A DNA stretch of 64,000 nucleotides from a virus (Duplodnaviria > Caudoviricetes): the IMG/VR virus record IMGVR_UViG_3300015607_004160; one strand, 5' to 3'. This document shows positions 57,613 to 64,000 of this stretch, piece by piece; the stretch's first letter is position 1; each line of letters opens with the position of its first letter. Below the pieces are notes generated by a model. It was not told the origin of the DNA. It saw nothing but the letters and a program-made list of their open reading frames with translations, and did no database searches. Made by a program: the position numbers and the translations under genes.

Positions 57613-58272
57613 ATGGCATTAAGTAAAAAATCAAATACAGGTAAGGATCCTGTTAAAAAAACAACTAAAAAGCCTGCCAATCCCAGGCCTAAAATAGTCA
57701 AACCAAAAGAAGAAATCACATCAACGGTGGTTATTCCAGAAGATAAACCTACTCCTACATCAACAAAAATGATAACTGAGGGTGGATCACCATCTTCTAA
57801 AACAGGAATTGCTTCATTTTTGGGATCTCTTTTATCAAAAGGAAAATCAGTAGTGGTATCACTATTAAAAGGCATTAAGCCAATATATCTACTTTTGGGA
57901 TGTGTTGTATTATCAGTTATAGTTTATTTTTGGTTCTCAAAACCTGATACATATAAGCAAGAAAATAAAAGGCTAAAAAATGAGATAATTCAAATACAAA
58001 AACAAAGAGACAAAATAGCAGATAGTATTAAAATATTAAAATATGAGTATACTAAGCTAGAAGATTCTGCAAATGTAAAATTACAATTACTTGATGAAAT
58101 CAATCAAAGAATGGTATTAATTGAACAAAGAGTATCTACTTCCTTTGATGAATTATCTAAAATAAAGAATGGGGTTAATGGTTTAAATGCACAAATCAAA
58201 AGTGCTACCGAAAAACCAATAAAAAGAGTTGGTGATGATTTAATAAATTCACTTAAAAATAAAATAAATTAA
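57613..58272 (+). CDS. Single-pass membrane coiled-coil protein
   Basis: K/P/T-rich N-terminus, TM segment IYLLLGCVVLSVIVYFWF, long coiled coil. Confidence 0.7.
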   Translation: MALSKKSNTGKDPVKKTTKKPANPRPKIVKPKEEITSTVVIPEDKPTPTSTKMITEGGSPSSKTGIASFLGSLLSKGKSVVVSLLKGIKPIYLLLGCVVLSVIVYFWFSKPDTYKQENKRLKNEIIQIQKQRDKIADSIKILKYEYTKLEDSANVKLQLLDEINQRMVLIEQRVSTSFDELSKIKNGVNGLNAQIKSATEKPIKRVGDDLINSLKNKIN

Positions 58273-58273
58273 T

Positions 58274-58777
58274 ATGAAAAAAATACTATTTCTATTATTC
58301 GGATTATTTGCTCTCGTAACATTAGAAGCACAAGTCAAACAAGAATATCCACAATCTTATATTAAAGATGGAAAAACATATGTTGTCTTTACTTTAGAAC
58401 AAGCTCAAAAAATTGATAACGACTATGATCTATTATATTTATTAAGGCAATCGAAAGCACAATATGAAAAATTAGATAGTGCGAATATTATAGTTGTCAA
58501 TAATTTAGGTATACAGATAGCTGAGTTAAAACTAAAAATAAATACCTTAAACGGGGTTATACAAGATCGAGAAGATCAGATACTCAATCTAAAAGCACAA
58601 ATAACGAAATATGAAAGTGATAAAATATTAGCAGATAAACAGTCTAAGGATAAAGATATTATCATTTCGAACAATGGTAAACAAATCAAAAAACTAAAAA
58701 GGCAAAAGTTTTTAGGATTCACTGTTGGTGGTGGTGGGTTAGTATCAGTAATTGTATTGCTGCTTCTAAAAAAGTAA
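58274..58777 (+). CDS. Signal-peptide coiled-coil protein with C-terminal TM anchor
   Basis: MKKILFLLFGLFALVTLEA-Q; coiled coil; GFTVGGGGLVSVIVLLLLKK. Confidence 0.7.
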   Translation: MKKILFLLFGLFALVTLEAQVKQEYPQSYIKDGKTYVVFTLEQAQKIDNDYDLLYLLRQSKAQYEKLDSANIIVVNNLGIQIAELKLKINTLNGVIQDREDQILNLKAQITKYESDKILADKQSKDKDIIISNNGKQIKKLKRQKFLGFTVGGGGLVSVIVLLLLKK

Positions 58778-58831
58778 AAAAACGCTTTTTAATTATAATA
58801 TATAGATTATATAAAAAATTATTTCTTAAAA

Positions 58832-59458
58832 ATGAAACACATAAGAAAATTTGAATCTTATTCTAACAAAAGAAAGCTACAGGAAATCATTAAGGAAAGT
58901 GTAATGATTGTTGATGATATATACAGAGTCAATGTTACTGCTGATATTCCTCAATCTTTATTAAACGCTTATATTAAAAAGGTTAAAGACTCATTAGATA
59001 AAAATGCTAGACAATTCTACTCAGATGTTCAATTAGCTGAAGAAATTACAAAATACGTACTTCAACAAGGATTAAATATCGATAAAATAGATCCATCTGC
59101 CTTATTTGGTGGTCAACCACAAGGTCAAGCACAGGGTCAACCACAAGTTCAAGTTCAAGGTCAACCTGTTCAAGGTCAACCTGTTCAAGGTCAAGCACAA
59201 GCTCAACCTGTTCAAGGTCAAGCACAACCTCAAGCACAAGCTCAACCTGTTCAAGGTCAAGCAGTTCAAGGTCAAGCACAAGCCCAACCTCAAGCCCAAC
59301 CTCAAGCACAAGCTCAACCTCAAGCACAAGCTCAACCTCAAGCACAAGCTCAACCTGTTCAAGGTCAAGCAGTTCAAGGTCAAGCACAAGGTCAAGCACA
59401 AGGTCAAGGTGAATTTGAGGAAGTAGAAGATGAAGATGAAGAAGAATTACCACTTTAA
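58832..59458 (+). CDS. Targeting-motif protein with Gln-rich repeat and acidic tail
   Basis: MKHIRKFESY...IIKES; (QGQ/QAQ/QPV)n; EFEEVEDEDEEELPL. Confidence 0.8.
   Translation: MKHIRKFESYSNKRKLQEIIKESVMIVDDIYRVNVTADIPQSLLNAYIKKVKDSLDKNARQFYSDVQLAEEITKYVLQQGLNIDKIDPSALFGGQPQGQAQGQPQVQVQGQPVQGQPVQGQAQAQPVQGQAQPQAQAQPVQGQAVQGQAQAQPQAQPQAQAQPQAQAQPQAQAQPVQGQAVQGQAQGQAQGQGEFEEVEDEDEEELPL
59112..59410 (+). repeat. Coding tandem repeat (CAAGGT/CAAGCA/CAACCT/GTT units)
   Basis: CAAGCACAAGCTCAACCT and CAAGGTCAACCTGTT units are reiterated. Confidence 0.9.
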
Positions 59459-59474
59459 TTAAATTTTTTAAAAT

Positions 59475-59506
59475 AAAAAAAGCACTATAATTATAGTGCT
59501 TTTTTT
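59475..59506. terminator. Perfect palindrome / intrinsic terminator
   Basis: AAAAAAAGCACTATAA|TTATAGTGCTTTTTTT. Confidence 0.75.
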
Positions 59507-59518
59507 AATATATATTCT

Positions 59519-59623
59519 ATGAGATATCTCAAAATTTTTGATTACAAAATAATTAGCCTTGGGTCAGAGTTATCTAGATCAGAAGTATTTGAATTTGTTT
59601 TTTTTATTGATCCCACAAAATAA
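59519..59623 (+). CDS. 34-aa mini-ORF or relic with targeting-like motif
   Basis: MRYLKIFDYKIISLGSELSRSEVFEFVFFIDPTK*; TAATATATA directly upstream. Confidence 0.45.
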   Translation: MRYLKIFDYKIISLGSELSRSEVFEFVFFIDPTK

Positions 59624-59648
59624 ATTTATTTACTTTAATATATACATT

Positions 59649-60083
59649 ATGAAATATCTTAATCTTTTTAATAATTTTAAATATTTATTTGAAAGCTTTA
59701 ATAGCATAGAAGAAATAGAAGACTATTTTCTCGAATTAAGTGATCATAAAAATGATGATCTACCTATTAAAGTAGAAGTTACTAATCATAATGTAAATAA
59801 ATCTGTTAAGAATATTAAAGGATTTAATAAATCTTCTAAATTTAAATCGATTAAAGGATATAAAATTACTATCTTATTTGATCACTATGATCAATTATAT
59901 GTTAAGAAAAAAGTTGAAACCGCAATAAATAGATTAAAAAGTAGTTATAATATTCACTATAATCAAATATCTAAAAAAGGAAATGGAAACACCTATAGAG
60001 AAGTTCCCATTAATGGCACTAATAGGGTAGCTTATGTATCTGATCCACTATGGAAACAAATAATAACTATTTCTCCTAAATAA
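59649..60083 (+). CDS. Targeting-motif protein, IEDYFLEL family
   Basis: Start re-called to ATG 59649, just after TAATATATA; MKYLNLFNNFKYLFES...EIEDYFLELSD. Confidence 0.75.
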   Translation: MKYLNLFNNFKYLFESFNSIEEIEDYFLELSDHKNDDLPIKVEVTNHNVNKSVKNIKGFNKSSKFKSIKGYKITILFDHYDQLYVKKKVETAINRLKSSYNIHYNQISKKGNGNTYREVPINGTNRVAYVSDPLWKQIITISPK

Positions 60084-60093
60084 TATATAGATT

Positions 60094-60711
60094 ATGATAT
60101 ACATAAAGACATACGAGGAAATAAATAATGGATCTATATTAATTATAGTAGATGTTCAAAAGTCATTCAAAAAATTCTTCACTGATAATTATTTAAAGCA
60201 ATTAAATGAGTATTGTAAAAAATTTGAAACTGTTTATCAAATATTTGATAACCATGTAGAGGGGAAGAATGTAGATACTGATTATCTATATGATAAAAAT
60301 CCAGATAAACCAAATAATAATGACTTATATGTATTTAATAATCAAAAAGATATTATAGAAAAAAGATATAACTATAATGTAGATGCTGACTTTTATAAAA
60401 AAATATTATCACCAGATATATATCAAGATGTTAAAAATAAAGAAAGTAAGGGTTTATTAAGAAGAGGAAATTACTTTTTAACAAATGAAGGAACAATCAT
60501 TGTTTATATCGGAAACAAACATGTTTGGTATCATTGTCCTAAAAAACTCTATGATTTATTTTTAAGACTAAGAAATAAAGAAGTCATAATGGTTGGCGGA
60601 TCTGACCAAGAGTGCTTTTTAGATGTTGAAACAACTGCTAAAGCATTGGGTGTATCAATTAAAAGAAATTTTGATTATATCTATAGTGCAACAAATTGTC
60701 CTATTAAATGA
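60094..60711 (+). CDS. Isochorismatase/nicotinamidase-like cysteine hydrolase with targeting-like motif
   Basis: ILIIVDVQ, EKRY, VGGSDQEC (D-K-C triad); begins MIYIKTYEE. Confidence 0.7.
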   Translation: MIYIKTYEEINNGSILIIVDVQKSFKKFFTDNYLKQLNEYCKKFETVYQIFDNHVEGKNVDTDYLYDKNPDKPNNNDLYVFNNQKDIIEKRYNYNVDADFYKKILSPDIYQDVKNKESKGLLRRGNYFLTNEGTIIVYIGNKHVWYHCPKKLYDLFLRLRNKEVIMVGGSDQECFLDVETTAKALGVSIKRNFDYIYSATNCPIK

Positions 60712-60847
60712 AATATTTAAAATTATTTGAAGCCAAATATTATAAGATTCATGTGAATCAACTACCAAGCTGTCTCCAAAGTTACACAGACCTGTCCAAT
60801 TTGAAGGTGTATTACAATTTTTAAAAGACTATGTGATTTTTAAATAG
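60708..60847 (+). pseudogene. Collapsed relic of a YKCDQ-family gene
   Basis: MKYLKLFEA...stop at 60824; a shifted frame carries VQFEGVLQFLKD, matching the family C-terminus (DQIDGLLNFI). Confidence 0.5.
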
Positions 60848-61154
60848 TAAATCCGGTTCTTGACTTATCCAAATTATTCACTAACTCAACTAACACATCA
60901 CCATGACAAGTTTTTGGTTTACACCAACATCCTAGAGTTTTACCTTTTAATTCATGTAAATCATTTAATAGATATTTACCTTCACCATTGGTAATCCATT
61001 CACGATAAGCTTCAATTGCTTCTTTTCTAGTTGGTAAAATATATGTCGCCCTTGTTCCTTCTCTATATGAAAAAGGGCAACCCCATTTTGTTGTTCTATC
61101 AATTAAAACATCGTAGTCTTCTTTTTTGTGGTGAACTACTTTACACTTTTCCAT
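60840..61154 (-). CDS. DUF4326 family protein
   Basis: KVVH...IDRTTKWGCPF...AIEAY...LKGKTLGCWCKPKTCHGDVL; likely start at ATG 61154. Confidence 0.85.
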   Translation of the reverse strand: MEKCKVVHHKKEDYDVLIDRTTKWGCPFSYREGTRATYILPTRKEAIEAYREWITNGEGKYLLNDLHELKGKTLGCWCKPKTCHGDVLVELVNNLDKSRTGFTI

Positions 61155-62620
61155 ATCCATTTTTGCATTCCGCAATCAAAAATTTTATAGTATCCTTGTT
61201 CTGACATTATTTGAATTTCTGTTTTATTTGGGTCAAATCCATCTTTAATTAGTCTATCTTTTCTATAGTTAAATCTATGCTTTCTAATTCCATTAACAAC
61301 ATAATAGTAATTAGGACGAGACGTGTGTGATAATTTAAATCCCAACTTTAAGTACATATCACCATTAGATCTACTCAAATCAGAATAACTTATAATTTCT
61401 TTTGATGGATAGTTATTTAAAAAATATTTAAAAAGTTTAGAAGACCCTCCAACAACACTTGTATTTAACTTATTACAAAATCTTAGTAACTCATATGATC
61501 CATCTTTACTTTTTTGCCCTAATGATTTCCTAAGATTCCCAAATGTCATTAGACTAACCAACTCCTCCTTGAAAAATAATCCGATTTTATACTTTGATCC
61601 AATGAACCCCTGAATGTGATTTTTTGTTAGAAACTCTCTAACTATTTTATTATCAACTACCTCTCTAATATCACATTTTCTAGCAAATATTTTGTTATTA
61701 GTTTTACCAATTTTATTTAATATCATAGACTTCACAATATCTTGTTTATATATCCAATCATCCTCCCATATATGAAATATATTTATACCATTCTTTGCAA
61801 ATAATAGTGTTTTATTTAGATGGTAGTTTTTTTCCTTAAATACTTCAGAATGCCAATATAATCCATTAAATTCAAATCCGATTTTTTTATCAGGTAGATA
61901 AATATCAAGTTCTCTATTTCCAATTTTATAATTAGATATGAAATCTATGCCAGCATCGGATATAATTTTAGAAATGTTTTTTTCCAAATGTGAACTTTTA
62001 AGATTATTTAACTGATTACAATTTATACAAATATCATGTTCATTCTTTATTCTAAGTAAATATGTTGTATAATTTATTTCATATACATTATTACACTTAT
62101 CACATAGTATACTCATTACTCTATTTTCATCTATGCTTATTAGATTTATAGATTTGTTATTATACTCAATAATAGTTTTTTGCTTTTTTGTGTTTGATAT
62201 TTTATCTTTTATGTATGATAATTTTGATATATTATCTATATTATATTTTTCACTTAATGTGTTTTTTATTTTATTTTTGATAGATAACATATCAAATGTA
62301 TATTTGACACCATATTTAGACATCATACTTTTTTCTCTTAATATAGATGTCTTATCAATAAATTCTTGATCCGAATTTTTACATTTATTAGAACAGTAAA
62401 TTGAATATGTGTTATTGAAAAATCCAACCTTATTTTTACAAGCTTTACAAGTTGGTATAGAATCAATATTATGCAAATAGTTATATACCTTTTGCTTAAA
62501 TGGAACTAAATCCTTAGTATAATTTATTATTTGATTATAAAGGTCTGGATATCTTTTTGATATTATATTCTCCCTTCTATTGGCAAAATTTAAAGACTCA
62601 AGTAAAATGTGATAATCCAT
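61136..62620 (-). CDS. Free-standing homing-type endonuclease, paralog of 37328..38902
   Basis: CKAC...YCSNKC; KYGV; ELDIYLP...FEFNGLYWHS...IWEDDW; ARKC...YELLRFC...FDCG. Confidence 0.75.
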   Translation of the reverse strand: MDYHILLESLNFANRRENIISKRYPDLYNQIINYTKDLVPFKQKVYNYLHNIDSIPTCKACKNKVGFFNNTYSIYCSNKCKNSDQEFIDKTSILREKSMMSKYGVKYTFDMLSIKNKIKNTLSEKYNIDNISKLSYIKDKISNTKKQKTIIEYNNKSINLISIDENRVMSILCDKCNNVYEINYTTYLLRIKNEHDICINCNQLNNLKSSHLEKNISKIISDAGIDFISNYKIGNRELDIYLPDKKIGFEFNGLYWHSEVFKEKNYHLNKTLLFAKNGINIFHIWEDDWIYKQDIVKSMILNKIGKTNNKIFARKCDIREVVDNKIVREFLTKNHIQGFIGSKYKIGLFFKEELVSLMTFGNLRKSLGQKSKDGSYELLRFCNKLNTSVVGGSSKLFKYFLNNYPSKEIISYSDLSRSNGDMYLKLGFKLSHTSRPNYYYVVNGIRKHRFNYRKDRLIKDGFDPNKTEIQIMSEQGYYKIFDCGMQKWIWKSVK

Positions 62621-62631
62621 ATCACTATATA

Positions 62632-62997
62632 TTATAAAGAGTGTAGTCCCTGTCCATCATTTGACGATTCAATACTAATAACCTTAATTAAATTCTCGTT
62701 ATCTCCTTTCTTTTTATAAATTTCATTAAAACCCTTTGCTAGTCCACGTTTAAAAACCTCAGTAAAGTATGCGAAGGCGTTATCACTTTTTTCTTCATTG
62801 AAGTTATACCAGTTACCGAACATATCTAGTAAACCACTTTGGTAGCAATCCATTTTATCATCATTATTCCAATATCTCATTTTTTTGATGGTTCTCTTGG
62901 CTAAGATTTCTAACATTAATTTAGATTTATTTGTTAGTTTGCCTTGTGCTTTTGATACGACAATTTCTGCGTATAAATCCCGATTGTGAAGATACAT
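62632..62997 (-). CDS. gp55: Late-transcription sigma factor (T4 gp55-like)
   Basis: YLHNRDL...DDKMDCYQSG...NFNEEKSDNAFAYFTEV matches the gp55 YVNNxxL...NFDPxKSxNPFAYFTQ pattern. Confidence 0.85.
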   Translation of the reverse strand: MYLHNRDLYAEIVVSKAQGKLTNKSKLMLEILAKRTIKKMRYWNNDDKMDCYQSGLLDMFGNWYNFNEEKSDNAFAYFTEVFKRGLAKGFNEIYKKKGDNENLIKVISIESSNDGQGLHSL

Positions 62998-63058
62998 TTA
63001 CATAATATTATTTTTAGAGTGTTTTAATTATATTTTATATTTATATAATTAAATAAGT

Positions 63059-63505
63059 TTAGTTTATTACTAAAATATGCCATCGATAAACAGATATCCA
63101 AATATCTACTCGGTATTTAGAATCTCCATTTTCAAAATATCCCTCATGTTCATATGTCCAATTAACTTTAAACTCATATCCAAGTTTATTTAATCTAGAG
63201 TGATTTATTCTATTAGTTAGTTCATTTACCTGATCATCAAAGAATTCTCCTTTTCGTATCACATTCGTCAAGAAATTGGTATTTTTCCTAAATAAATATT
63301 TGGTTTTTTTTGGTTCTAACTTAAAAGTATATTTACTAATTGAACGGGTGTCATGCTTGGATGAACTTGGTGAGACGATGTATTCTTTTTCTAATAAATT
63401 CCATTCATCAAATATACCTTCTATTATAAGAGCATCTTCAATTTCTTCTTTTTCTTCTTCCTCGGACTTTTCTTGATAATTTTCAAATAACTTCAGATAT
63501 TTCAT
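63059..63505 (-). CDS. Targeting-motif protein
   Basis: MKYLKLFENY; TAATATATA upstream. Confidence 0.75.
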   Translation of the reverse strand: MKYLKLFENYQEKSEEEEKEEIEDALIIEGIFDEWNLLEKEYIVSPSSSKHDTRSISKYTFKLEPKKTKYLFRKNTNFLTNVIRKGEFFDDQVNELTNRINHSRLNKLGYEFKVNWTYEHEGYFENGDSKYRVDIWISVYRWHILVIN

Positions 63506-63534
63506 AATTTATATATTAACTTCCTGAAAACAAA

Positions 63535-63557
63535 AAACCCCTCAATATGAGGGGTTT
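63535..63557 (-). terminator. Intrinsic terminator
   Basis: AAACCCCTCA-ATA-TGAGGGGTTT, with a T run on the minus strand. Confidence 0.75.
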
Positions 63558-63574
63558 AAATTTATTAATTTAAT

Positions 63575-64000
63575 TTATGCTTTAACTCTTTCTTTGTATT
63601 GTGATTCTTTAACTGATTGTAAGTCATTTTCTAATACTTCTTTTCTCTTCTGTAGATTTTCTAAAGCAACATTTAAAACATTTGATTCGCCGATATATTC
63701 TAAGGATGTTTTAACTTTTGAAATGTTAAATTTAACATCTTCTAATTTTAAAGAAATTTCTCTTTCTTTATCTTCTAATTTCTTTTTACTAATTAATTCC
63801 ACGTCTAATTTATTTTCAAAAAAATATGTTAAATCATAGTTTAATTCATTTCTAACTTCATTTACTAGCTCAATTGCTGAATCATATTTGAAAAATGAAT
63901 GTCCGTATCTTTCATCACATCTGTAAAGATATGTAGCATTTTTATAATTGAATGCATAAATTTCAAGGTAAGGATTTACTAAATTAGAAATTTTCTTAAC
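63575..64000 (-). CDS. Partial hypothetical protein with C-terminal coiled coil (starts beyond window end)
   Basis: The frame of the 63575..63802 ORF stays open to 64000 (VKKISNLVNPYLEIYAFNY...). Confidence 0.75.
   Translation of the reverse strand, partial: VKKISNLVNPYLEIYAFNYKNATYLYRCDERYGHSFFKYDSAIELVNEVRNELNYDLTYFFENKLDVELISKKKLEDKEREISLKLEDVKFNISKVKTSLEYIGESNVLNVALENLQKRKEVLENDLQSVKESQYKERVKA

Noticed and set aside
59046-59453. Three overlapping alternative-frame ORFs and a possible CRISPR-like array
   Set aside because: They are shadows of the Gln-rich coding repeat; there are no unique spacers between constant repeats.
59559-59648. ORF-track N-terminal extension of 59559..60083 (likewise the 57590, 61175 and 18604 starts)
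   Set aside because: Downstream ATGs fit the promoter position, motif start or domain start better.
1-64000. Stop-codon reassignment (TAG/TGA), as in some large phages
   Set aside because: Core genes are full length in code 11, coding density is high, and TGA and TAG are used as real stops.
1-64000. tRNA, rRNA, diversity-generating retroelement or integrase
   Set aside because: Intergenic gaps are short and AT-rich; no cloverleaf, reverse transcriptase or recombinase motifs were seen by eye.

Overview
This AT-rich, densely coding 64 kb segment comes from a large (jumbo-type) tailed myophage with T4-like core genes, read in standard code 11. Core genes are scattered: a tape-measure-like protein, a 2155-aa baseplate-wedge-like protein, tail tube, an enlarged tail sheath, terminase large subunit, an Mre11/gp47 nuclease and a gp55-like late sigma factor. 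A canonical TTTG-N20-TAnnTTTG promoter and the absence of Shine-Dalgarno motifs point to a Bacteroidota host (inference). The main signal is about 30 otherwise unrelated ORFs that begin with a shared peptide, M-K/R-x-I/L-x-x-F-x(0-4)-E, resembling the T4 capsid-targeting sequence. Most are preceded by a TAATATATA motif, and several carry internal copies of the peptide or short x-x-E linkers between shuffled modules. This suggests a large, protease-processed, head-packaged cargo system that includes enzymes. Other signals: a second promoter class (TAAAC-N17-HTATAA) before non-structural genes; a shared C-terminal R-D/E-x-K-L/I tag; a plant HPAT/SERGT-like glycosyltransferase beside virion proteins with poly-Thr tracts, plus a second glycosyltransferase cluster near the sheath; a four-gene split Type ISP-like restriction-modification island; an intein in an ATPase Walker A motif; ClpS; a riboflavin-kinase-like fusion; and free-standing homing-type endonucleases. 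No rRNA, tRNA or CRISPR array was recognised. All functional calls come from motif recognition by eye, not from database searches.
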